A stretch of DNA of 64,000 nt, from positions 5,947 to 69,946 of the IMG/VR virus record IMGVR_UViG_3300048592_000443; one strand, given 5' to 3'. The notes under the pieces are model-generated. The model ran no database searches. It was given only the letters and a program-made list of their open reading frames with translations, and had not been told where the DNA came from. The translations under genes and the position numbers were made by a program. Below are positions 37,242-45,033 of the stretch, one piece after another. Source of the stretch: a virus. How positions within the stretch are numbered: the stretch's first letter is position 1; each line of letters opens with the position of its first letter.

Positions 37242-38188
37242 TAGCGAACACCTCTGTACCAATCGACGGTGCGTTGCAAGCCGTCATACAGGCTGAACAC
37301 GTGCGACCAGCCAAGCGCCTGCAAGCGCGATGCGTCACTGTAGCGCGCCGGGTCGCCTGGGTCGTAATCGCTCGCAAACTCGACAGTCTTATCAGTGCCG
37401 CACGCCGCCTGAATGAGTGTCACCAGCTCGCGAATGCTCACACAAGTTGCGCCGCTCGTGCCGATGTTATAGGCCTTGCCGTGCTCGCCGCGCTCCAGGG
37501 CTGTCAGCATGCCCTGCGCAACGTCGGCGACATAGATAAACTCGCGCCGCTCGTGACCTGAACCGTTGACGCGGATCGTCGCATCGTTCAGCGCCTTGCG
37601 AATGAGCGCCGGGATAACGTGCGCCCGCTCGTCAAAGTAGTCGCGCGGGCCAAAGACGTTTGACGGCCGCACAATGACGGCGTGCGCGAGATCTGCCCAC
37701 TCGGTAACGCGCTCACCAATCCGCTTTGACCAGGCATAGCCATTATTCGCGGCGTGCGGCTCGTCTCTGCGCCCGAACACCTCGTAGGCCGGCGCGTTGT
37801 GATCAGGCGAGTACACGCACACGGACGAGGCTTGCAGGACGTGCGGCACGCTGCGCACGGCGGCGGCAATCATCGGCACGGTCTGCAATCTGACGTTGCG
37901 CTCGAACATCAGTGCATGATTGTGCTGATTGTAGGCCACGCCCGCGACATAGGCAGCGAGATTGAACAGGGCGAAAGCGCCGTCAAGCGCCTTGGTCATC
38001 GCCCGCTCATCACCCGCGTCAACCCGGATCAGGCGAGAACCCGGCACGAACGTGCTGCCCCGGCTCATATCGTCAATGACCAGCACCTCGGCGCCCCGGT
38101 CAATCAGCAACTCGGCAAGTGCCGATCCGACCATGCCGGCGCCGCCCGTTACCACAACCCGCTGACCTGCGTAGAAATCAGGTGTCAT
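37241..38188 (-). CDS. NAD(P)-dependent epimerase/reductase, GDP-fucose synthase/ColC-like
   Basis: TGGAGMVG, SSVCVY, GYAWSK, N.FGP.D.F...HVIPALIRK, GSG...REF.YV.D. Confidence 0.88.
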   Translation of the reverse strand: MTPDFYAGQRVVVTGGAGMVGSALAELLIDRGAEVLVIDDMSRGSTFVPGSRLIRVDAGDERAMTKALDGAFALFNLAAYVAGVAYNQHNHALMFERNVRLQTVPMIAAAVRSVPHVLQASSVCVYSPDHNAPAYEVFGRRDEPHAANNGYAWSKRIGERVTEWADLAHAVIVRPSNVFGPRDYFDERAHVIPALIRKALNDATIRVNGSGHERREFIYVADVAQGMLTALERGEHGKAYNIGTSGATCVSIRELVTLIQAACGTDKTVEFASDYDPGDPARYSDASRLQALGWSHVFSLYDGLQRTVDWYRGVR

Positions 38189-38430
38189 CGCACCAATCCC
38201 GCTTTCTTTGCCCGATCAAGCCATTCTGTAGGCGCCGTCATTCGATACGGCCAGACAAGCCCGGCGCAGATGCGTGCGTGCTCAAAGGCGATAGCCCGGT
38301 CGCGGATTAACTCTAGTCCGTCCTGAAGGTCGGCATGGCGCTGCGCCAACACAAGTGCAGCCATTGCGCTCGCAGCGTTGCTCACAGCGCTTGACAAACT
38401 CTCCCCAAACTCGCGAAAGGCATCACTCAT
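38185..38430 (-). CDS. Hypothetical protein
   Basis: GGAGG RBS, ATGA couplings. Confidence 0.5.
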   Translation of the reverse strand: MSDAFREFGESLSSAVSNAASAMAALVLAQRHADLQDGLELIRDRAIAFEHARICAGLVWPYRMTAPTEWLDRAKKAGLVR

Positions 38431-38618
38431 CGCCCACGCCTCCGCTTGACCCTGAAGGCCCCTAGGACGGCGCCTACGGCGTGATAGCAGGCCGATAGGC
38501 ATATCCAGGCAAAGCAGACTGTTGCGAACGTCTGCGCGCCGTCTAGCCCGTTCTGCGAGGCAACCAGCATACCGACCAGCACGGCGACGATGACGACAAG
38601 CGCACCTTGTATGGTCAT
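38427..38618 (-). CDS. Small 2-TM membrane protein
   Basis: Two hydrophobic helices, basic tail. Confidence 0.55.
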   Translation of the reverse strand: MTIQGALVVIVAVLVGMLVASQNGLDGAQTFATVCFAWICLSACYHAVGAVLGAFRVKRRRGR

Positions 38619-38875
38619 TCGTCACCCCTCGGCGGCTCAGGCGGCAGCGTATCCCAAAAGGGCGCCTGTGGCATATGGTCAGGCCAAAGGGAGCGGCACA
38701 GGTTCAGAAAGAACCAGTCGCGGGTCAGGGTCGCGGCAAGGTTGCTCGGAACGTGCGTATCGAGACTGACGAACAGAGCGCCGGCCAGTGCGCCTAGTTG
38801 CTCGATGCCCGCCTGTGATTGGTCTGCCTCAACAGACCGCAAGAGCCGCCGCGCGACTTCATCTGCGTCACTCAC
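38615..38875 (-). CDS. Hypothetical protein
   Basis: AAAGG RBS, GTG start. Confidence 0.5.
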   Translation of the reverse strand: MSDADEVARRLLRSVEADQSQAGIEQLGALAGALFVSLDTHVPSNLAATLTRDWFFLNLCRSLWPDHMPQAPFWDTLPPEPPRGDE

Positions 38876-38960
38876 CCTGCTACACCTTTCCGCTACCGCT
38901 AACGGCTACTATTCAAGCCCGGTTGGGCGGCGATGGCTTTCTGATGCGCTTCCCTGTCAG

Positions 38961-39061
38961 GAAGTGTAAGGGGTTTAGGGAGATTTTAATTATCATCCCT
39001 CACCTATAAGAGTAATTTATAGGTGAGGGATGATTAATCGAAACCTGGCTATCGCTTTACA
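38961..39061. repeat. AT-centred long palindromic element, copy 2
   Basis: AATTATCATCCCTCACCTATAA-gagtaat-TTATAGGTGAGGGATGATTAAT; outer GTGTAAG/CTTTACA. Confidence 0.8.
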
Positions 39062-39170
39062 GGTCGCTCGCGCACTCGGGCGCACGGCGGGGCGGCCCTG
39101 GTACGGGGCGCGAGCTGACAGGCTGTGAAGCGGGAAGCGCATAGGACCAGTATAGCATTTTTGTCAATCT

Positions 39171-39186
39171 GTGCGACCTGTCGCAA
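39171..39186. promoter_or_regulatory. Operator copy (1 mismatch) between divergent promoters
   Basis: GTGCGACCTGTCGCAA; minus-strand TGCTATACT at 39157-39149; plus-strand TAGACA-17-TATAGT at 39194-39222. Confidence 0.7.
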
Positions 39187-39258
39187 AAACAGGTAGACAA
39201 TCATTACCACTAGTGCTATAGTCATTACCAGAAGAGGCGGTGACGAAAGGAACCGGCA

Positions 39259-39765
39259 ATGCTCACTACTGAGATCAAAACGAAGCTTTACACCCTGGTT
39301 GGCATCTCTGACGAGCACACCGACTGCGACTGCTGCGGGCGCTCCGGCCTTAAGCGGACCATGGTTCTCAGGCCGACTGACGGCACCAGCGCTGATGGCT
39401 CGTTTGACTTCGTGTACTTCGGCACGGGCTGCGGCGCTAAGGCGCTGATGTGGGCGGAGGGCGAGAAGCCGGCAAAGAAAATGGGCGCTGATGCTCTGGC
39501 CCGCAAGGCGCAAGAGGCGCAGCGTATGGCCGATATGAAGCGCAAGAGCGCCGAGTATCAGGCGCAGATGGAAGCGCACCGGCTCTGGCCCCTGGTTGTC
39601 GAGACTGAGGCCCGGATTACGACCCCTGAGGGTATGACCTTTCGCGAGCATATGAATGCTCTCAGGGCCAACCCTGACGCCTATGCTTTCTACCGCAGTC
39701 AGCGCGACTATGCCAACGGTCTGCGCGAGCGCATCAAGGCTGAGATTGGCCCGCTAAAGTTTTAG
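39259..39765 (+). CDS. Hypothetical Zn-binding protein (candidate anti-defence)
   Basis: CDCCGR..LKRT...FGTGC; own promoter and AAAGGA RBS. Confidence 0.75.
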   Translation: MLTTEIKTKLYTLVGISDEHTDCDCCGRSGLKRTMVLRPTDGTSADGSFDFVYFGTGCGAKALMWAEGEKPAKKMGADALARKAQEAQRMADMKRKSAEYQAQMEAHRLWPLVVETEARITTPEGMTFREHMNALRANPDAYAFYRSQRDYANGLRERIKAEIGPLKF

Positions 39766-39774
39766 GAGACGCAC

Positions 39775-39990
39775 ATGACCCCTGACGATCTGCTCACTCC
39801 AAAGGCCGCCGCCGCAATCATCGGCATAGAGCGACGGCAAGTTCTGAACCATATCAAGGCCGGGCGCCTGCTAGCGGTCAACCTCGGCACTGACGAGCCG
39901 CACGGCGCCCGCTATTTCGTCAAGCGAGCTGACGCAGAGGCATTCGCCAAAATTGATCGAAAACCCGGCCCCAAACCCCTTGACAGTTAG
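39775..39990 (+). CDS. HTH_17 DNA-binding protein (Aca-like position)
   Basis: LLTPKAAAAIIGI.RRQV..HIKAGRL.A; RKPGPK tail. Confidence 0.8.
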   Translation: MTPDDLLTPKAAAAIIGIERRQVLNHIKAGRLLAVNLGTDEPHGARYFVKRADAEAFAKIDRKPGPKPLDS

Positions 39991-40008
39991 TGCCACTAGT
40001 GGTACCAT
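39980..40008 (+). promoter_or_regulatory. Sigma70-type promoter with CCACTAGTGG palindrome in the spacer
   Basis: TTGACA-17-TACCAT; the same CCACTAGTG core is in the 39194-39222 promoter. Confidence 0.7.
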
Positions 40009-40048
40009 TAGCACATAGCAGACAGGTAATGACGAAAGGGCAACCGAG

Positions 40049-40255
40049 ATGACAACGCAGATTTGGCGCGAGCGCTCCGAAGGTCACATCGTAGCGGTGG
40101 AACTGCACAGCGGGCAGGTGACGCGGGCGATGCTCGTCACCTGTGAGGATATGGAGGCCCTGGTGAGTGACGGCATTCCGGCCGGCGCCGACGATGCCGA
40201 TCTGCTTGACCTTATCGAGATGACCGGCTATGACGGCTTTGACTTCCTCGGCTAG
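40049..40255 (+). CDS. Small acidic hypothetical protein
   Basis: AAAGG RBS; very acidic C-half. Confidence 0.65.
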   Translation: MTTQIWRERSEGHIVAVELHSGQVTRAMLVTCEDMEALVSDGIPAGADDADLLDLIEMTGYDGFDFLG

Positions 40256-40277
40256 TTAGTGCAAGAGGCAACGGGCA

Positions 40278-40547
40278 ATGAGCACCCTCAACTTTCACGA
40301 TGCGAAGTCCGGCAAGTGGTTCAGGTACGATAGCCGTTGTGCTGCCTGTTACCTGAACCATGAGCATAGCCACGCCGATCACTGCAAAGCACTCGCTGGC
40401 GCCCGCGCTCAGGAAGTCGCCGCCACTGCGCCCGATTGGCGCGATACCGGCTACTGGCAGCGCGTTGAGGAGATCGGCAACCTGACGCGCGCGCTTCTGC
40501 CGACTGTGACCGCTGACACGCCGCTGCTGAATGGGGCATGGGAGTAA
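40278..40547 (+). CDS. Small hypothetical protein (CxxC + His-rich)
   Basis: GAGG RBS. Confidence 0.6.
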   Translation: MSTLNFHDAKSGKWFRYDSRCAACYLNHEHSHADHCKALAGARAQEVAATAPDWRDTGYWQRVEEIGNLTRALLPTVTADTPLLNGAWE

Positions 40548-40627
40548 CGGCGATGAGACTACGAACAGGTCAGGTTGATTTGGCGGCTGTGACGATTACA
40601 TGTCCTAGCTAGAGCAGGAGTTAAGTA

Positions 40628-40990
40628 ATGCTCACCACCGCAGAAGCCGCCGCGATCCTCGGCATCACGCGCACAACGGTGCTGGCCCACATCAAGGCCA
40701 GCAACCTGAAAGCCGAGAAGCACGGGCGCGATTGGCTTATCGAGCAAACCGAGGTTGACCGCTTCAAGCAGGGCCGGCGCACGTCGAAGGGATCGGGGAG
40801 GAAGGCGAGCAAGGTTCTTGCCATTTCCGCACCCGCCAAAGAGGGTGAAGTAATTGACGTGTTGAGCAGCGGCGATACGCTCAATATCACATTCACTGTA
40901 ACCGATGGCAAGTTACGAGGCGCGCCGGAGGCAGAAATCATTCGCAAGCGTCGATTAAACGAAGAAGGGGACGGTAATGCGGACAGGTGA
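40628..40990 (+). CDS. HTH_17 DNA-binding protein with C-terminal extension
   Basis: MLTTAEAAAILGITR.TV..HIK...LKAEKHGRDWLI. Confidence 0.82.
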   Translation: MLTTAEAAAILGITRTTVLAHIKASNLKAEKHGRDWLIEQTEVDRFKQGRRTSKGSGRKASKVLAISAPAKEGEVIDVLSSGDTLNITFTVTDGKLRGAPEAEIIRKRRLNEEGDGNADR

Positions 40991-41192
40991 CAGGGTGCGC
41001 GTGCTGGCGACGGGCGATGACCGGCTTGATTGGGCCGCAGGGCTGGAGGGTGAGGTTGTTAACATCAAGCCAATCTGGACTTTGGCAGGCTATGATGGGG
41101 GATGGCCGGTATATTACACCTATCATAGTGTGACTGTTCGCACGGCGCAGGGCGATGTGACCGTGAATGATAACGAGGTTGAAGCGCTATGA
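40977..41192 (+). CDS. Small SH3/KOW-like hypothetical protein
   Basis: GDRVRV...G.EGEVV pattern. Confidence 0.55.
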   Translation: MRTGDRVRVLATGDDRLDWAAGLEGEVVNIKPIWTLAGYDGGWPVYYTYHSVTVRTAQGDVTVNDNEVEAL

Positions 41193-41476
41193 CACCAGAA
41201 GAGCGGGCGCGCGAGATTGCGTACAGTTTTGACCTTGATGAATTTGATTGGCGCGAAGACGAGCCCGGCAACGCGCTTCGCCTCATCAATCGCAGGTGGC
41301 TTGCTGAGAAGATCGCCGCCACAATCCGCGCCGCAGTCGAGGCAGAGCGCGAGCGGTGCGCACAGGTGGCAGAGGAGCACGCCGGGCCATTTGGCGGCGT
41401 TGGGCGCCTGATCCTGGCAGACAAGATCGCAGAGGCCATCAGAAACACCAACGCCCCGGCTGAACCGGAGCGCTGA
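41189..41476 (+). CDS. Hypothetical phage protein
   Basis: AERERCA.VAE...IA.AIR motif; ATGA overlap. Confidence 0.6.
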   Translation: MTPEERAREIAYSFDLDEFDWREDEPGNALRLINRRWLAEKIAATIRAAVEAERERCAQVAEEHAGPFGGVGRLILADKIAEAIRNTNAPAEPER

Positions 41477-41568
41477 TGCGTCGCCGCGCACTATCCAGGT
41501 TACACCCGCTACATAGTACACAGAGGGATCATAGCATATGAAGTGGTAGATTGTAACGTTGAACGGTT

Positions 41569-41584
41569 GTGCGAACGGTCGCAC
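41569..41584. promoter_or_regulatory. Operator copy (1 mismatch) at -35 of a TGGTATAAT promoter
   Basis: GTGCGAACGGTCGCAC; TATAAT at 41591-41596. Confidence 0.65.
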
Positions 41585-41661
41585 GAATGGTATAATACGA
41601 GGCGTCAGGGCTGCAATCCCTGACGCCTCTTTCGTGGCCCTTGTGCAGAAAGGCCAGCCCC

Positions 41662-42228
41662 ATGAGTGTAGCATATCTCCCCGATCCGTCAATGACCGAG
41701 AAGCCCTGCAAGCGCTGCGGCGTCGTGCGCTCTGTTGACCAGTTCAACAAAGACAAGCGATACCGAGACGGCTATCAGTCCTGGTGCAAGCCGTGTTATG
41801 CCGAATATCACAACCAGCCAGCAGAGAAGGCGAAGCAGAAAGAGCGATACAAGAGGCGCTATGCTGATCCTGAATACAGGGATAAATATAGGATTAAACA
41901 GAATAAGCATTACCGTGAGCGCTGGCGGCAGGATCAAACTTTTAGGAAGCGAAAAAATGCTAGCAAGAGCATGTTTAACCATGCTCGGCGCACAATCGCA
42001 GCGCAAGGCGATCTTACTTTTGAGCAGTGGCAGGCAATATGCGCGTATTACGGTAATCAGTGTTTGTGTTGCGGCAGGCCCGAAATTACGCTTGACCATA
42101 TTAAGCCAGTGTCGCGCGGCGGAAAACATACCGCATCAAACGTTCAGCCATTGTGCAAGTTTTGTAACAGTAGCAAGATGACCAAAACGATTGACTATAG
42201 ACCTGACAAAGGCGCATGGATAGGCTAA
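41662..42228 (+). CDS. HNH endonuclease
   Basis: K.CK.CG...CK.C N-terminal Zn finger; CLCCG...TLDHI.P.SRGG.H...N.QPLC..CN.SK; low GC. Confidence 0.88.
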   Translation: MSVAYLPDPSMTEKPCKRCGVVRSVDQFNKDKRYRDGYQSWCKPCYAEYHNQPAEKAKQKERYKRRYADPEYRDKYRIKQNKHYRERWRQDQTFRKRKNASKSMFNHARRTIAAQGDLTFEQWQAICAYYGNQCLCCGRPEITLDHIKPVSRGGKHTASNVQPLCKFCNSSKMTKTIDYRPDKGAWIG

Positions 42229-42231
42229 TCC

Positions 42232-42263
42232 AAAAGCCGCCGGGCTGTTGCTCGGCGGCTTTT
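42232..42263. terminator. Bidirectional intrinsic terminator
   Basis: AAAAGCCGCCGGGC-TGTT-GCTCGGCGGCTTTT between convergent HNH and capsid genes. Confidence 0.85.
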
Positions 42264-42279
42264 GTCCGACTGAAAAACA

Positions 42280-43743
42280 CTACGACACGGGCGGGTAATA
42301 ACTCGGCGCATTCGAGGCGCCCGAAGTGTTGCCCCCGTTCGCCCAGTAGGGGCTCGACGGATCGTAGCTCCTGAGGTCATTGAGGCGGCTGTAGCGCACG
42401 TTATCGATCCTCGCCGCAAGGTACGGCGTGAGCAGCTTCAGGCGCGGCTCGGTGTAGGCAAGCACCTGCACACACAGGTTCGTCGGCGCCTTCTTCACCA
42501 CGAGGAAGCGGCCGTTGTCGGTCGTCTGGAAGAAGCCATTAGGCGCGAAGCGGGCGGCGTCCTGAGGCACGCCAATCGCATCGTAGTTGATGTACTCCAG
42601 GTACGTGACCGGCTGCCCGCCGAGGACCGTGAGCGGAATGAAGTAGATCGAGGCCTGCTGCACGCCGCCACCGATGGCCGTCTCGGGAATGCTGTCATCG
42701 ATGATGACCGGCACATTCTGCCCGAAGATCTTCAGGTGCGTCCCGGTGCGATTGGTCAGATCGCCGCGCATCTCGTCACGCATGCGGATCTGGTCGCCCG
42801 CGTCAATTCGCACCACGTCAGTGCTGCAACCATCGGTCAGGTACGAGCAGGGCCAGATGCGGGTGAGCTGGTAGAAGAGCGACTGAGGCATCGCGAGCAC
42901 CCAGCGCACCGGGGCGAGGTTGACGCGGGCGGCCAGATCCATCAGCACGTAGTAGGTTTCGAGGATCTGGGTCACGGCGGCGCTGCCCGCCGTCGCGACG
43001 TTCTGACCCGCAAACGACTTCACGATGCTGTCAGCGGCGGCACAGGCAACACCGCTCACCGCGTCCTGATAGCCCGTGTTGATCAGCTCGTTCAGGCCGT
43101 AGAACTCCTTATAGCCGCCGCCCGCGCTGTTGTTGGCCGGGTTGCCGGTGTAGATCTGCTGCGCGAAGTCGCGTGCCCACGCGACCATCCACGAGTAGAT
43201 CAGCCGGCCCGTGTTCGTGTTGGCAGACTGATTGATGTCAGTCAGGCCCGGCACCGAGGGCGTCCACGGGTTGCGGTTGGCGTTCGGCGTGTTGAACGGG
43301 TCGCCGTACACCAGGAAGTCACGATGCTCGCCACGCGACGCAAGTCGGGTGCCCTCCCTGATGTTGTACACCGAGGTCTGCCGGGCGAACAGACCGAGGG
43401 GAAACGACCGCTGGCAGAGCTTGGTCAGGCCAGTCGTGGGCGGGTCATCACAGAGGCCCGAGGCCTCGTTACCCGTGGTGTCGGTGACACCCGTGATGAT
43501 GCCATCAAGCGGGTCGGTGACCATTGTTTCGCGCACGGGCAGCACGAACTGAATGCCGCTGAACGGGGTGATCACCGTCGAGTACAACGGGCGCTCCAGT
43601 GCCGGATTGGCAAAGAGCCCGGTTGCCCCGTGGGCGTAGTTGGTATTCGGCGTGCTGCCGGCGGCCTTCATCGCCATCTGCCACATGCGGTTAAAGGCGA
43701 GATCGCTCACCTTCTCGGCAAGGGCGTTATCGCTCAGATACAC
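42280..43743 (-). CDS. Major capsid protein (probable)
   Basis: 487 aa, follows protease/scaffold, strong codon bias, GAGGAG RBS, followed by a terminator. Confidence 0.78.
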   Translation of the reverse strand: MYLSDNALAEKVSDLAFNRMWQMAMKAAGSTPNTNYAHGATGLFANPALERPLYSTVITPFSGIQFVLPVRETMVTDPLDGIITGVTDTTGNEASGLCDDPPTTGLTKLCQRSFPLGLFARQTSVYNIREGTRLASRGEHRDFLVYGDPFNTPNANRNPWTPSVPGLTDINQSANTNTGRLIYSWMVAWARDFAQQIYTGNPANNSAGGGYKEFYGLNELINTGYQDAVSGVACAAADSIVKSFAGQNVATAGSAAVTQILETYYVLMDLAARVNLAPVRWVLAMPQSLFYQLTRIWPCSYLTDGCSTDVVRIDAGDQIRMRDEMRGDLTNRTGTHLKIFGQNVPVIIDDSIPETAIGGGVQQASIYFIPLTVLGGQPVTYLEYINYDAIGVPQDAARFAPNGFFQTTDNGRFLVVKKAPTNLCVQVLAYTEPRLKLLTPYLAARIDNVRYSRLNDLRSYDPSSPYWANGGNTSGASNAPSYYPPVS

Positions 43744-43771
43744 GGTAGTAACTCCTCTGCTGTGTCGATTG

Positions 43772-43787
43772 GTGCGACAGGTCGCAC
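43772..43787. promoter_or_regulatory. Operator copy (perfect)
   Basis: GTGCGACAGGTCGCAC between scaffold and capsid genes. Confidence 0.75.
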
Positions 43788-43791
43788 GATG

Positions 43792-45027
43792 CTACGAAGT
43801 CAGACCCTCAACCCATGCGCCAATGGCATCGGCGGGGTGCGAGTAGGCCGGGGCGCCGCTCTTCTTTGTGACCTCGAACTTGTCAGGCGTCTCGACGGCG
43901 GCAACCGTGCGCCCGCTCTCACTGGCGACGGCGGCTGGCTGATCGCCCAGCAGTTCCGAGAGCTGATCGGTCAGGGTTTTCACCCTGGTCTGCGTCTCAG
44001 TGAGCGCGGCCTGAAGGGCTTCGATCTGCTCGGCCCGGCTCGCGTCTTTCTGAGACGTGCCGCTCATATAGCCCTTCATCTCTTCCATCATGGCGCCCAT
44101 CTTCTCGGCCATATTGAGCCGAGTATTCAGCGCCTTCATCTCAGAGGCCATGCCGCCCATTGCCACCTTGACGGCCTCGGCAACCAGAGCCTTGAAATCG
44201 CCGACGCTCATATCGCCGGCATAGTCCATGGCCTCTTCCTCGCCGTCGTCGCCCTCGGCCTCAGCCTCGACGACCTCAGCAGCGGCGGCCGGCTTGTCCT
44301 CGGCCTTGCTCTCTGCCATCGCCTTCAGGGCGGCGATCTGCGCTTCCATCTCGGCGATCTTGGTCGCGATCCCGTCATCCTTGAACCGCAGGCCGGCGGC
44401 TTCAGCCGTCTTTGTGGCACTGGCGGTGTACTTGCTGATCATGCTCTCAATCTCTCCCTGCGCGGCGGGATTGCCGTCAAGCAGAGCCTTGAGCGCTCGC
44501 ATCTGCTGCTCATTCACGCTGGTTGCTCCTGGAACGTAGAAGGCTGTGAGCGGGTTAGACACCCGGCCGTGTGGGGCTAGTGACCGCTCAAAGCGTCGAA
44601 TATGGGAAAACACTCCATCGGCGTCAGGCTCGCCTCTGGGGTGAAAAAAGCCGAGACTGATTGCCATATCGCCCGCCTTGCGGGCTACGGCCTCACCTAT
44701 CGCGTCGCTGGCAAATGTGCCGCTTTCGACCAGGAATGGCCCGCTCATCGCCGCGAAGTCACACCAGCCGAGGTCAACCCCTGGCCCCCATGGCTCGTCA
44801 AGGTTCGTCGGGTCCGGGTTGCCGCAGTGCCACCAGCGCAGCGGGCCATACAGCCCGTCTCTCGCCGTGCGCTCAACATCGGTCGCGAGCGCCTTGGTGC
44901 TAACAATCTCCCTGTCTTTGTCCTCAAAGCCATTCGAGGAAAAGGCGATCCATCGCAGCCCCTTTGCCGTTTTGTAGACGGCAAACGACGATGCGCTATC
45001 GGTTTTCGTGGCAATCAGGTCTGTCAT
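43792..45027 (-). CDS. Prohead protease-scaffold fusion
   Basis: N-domain D.D.E.V...L.WWH...S.GF...E.S; acidic coiled-coil C-half; upstream of capsid gene. Confidence 0.7.
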   Translation of the reverse strand: MTDLIATKTDSASSFAVYKTAKGLRWIAFSSNGFEDKDREIVSTKALATDVERTARDGLYGPLRWWHCGNPDPTNLDEPWGPGVDLGWCDFAAMSGPFLVESGTFASDAIGEAVARKAGDMAISLGFFHPRGEPDADGVFSHIRRFERSLAPHGRVSNPLTAFYVPGATSVNEQQMRALKALLDGNPAAQGEIESMISKYTASATKTAEAAGLRFKDDGIATKIAEMEAQIAALKAMAESKAEDKPAAAAEVVEAEAEGDDGEEEAMDYAGDMSVGDFKALVAEAVKVAMGGMASEMKALNTRLNMAEKMGAMMEEMKGYMSGTSQKDASRAEQIEALQAALTETQTRVKTLTDQLSELLGDQPAAVASESGRTVAAVETPDKFEVTKKSGAPAYSHPADAIGAWVEGLTS

Positions 45028-45033
45028 GGGTGT

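Noticed and set aside
42736-44580. 614-aa + strand ORF, and similar long antisense ORFs such as 27318-28517 and 51259-52281
   Set aside because: Antisense shadows of the capsid, tail and endonuclease genes; no motifs or RBS
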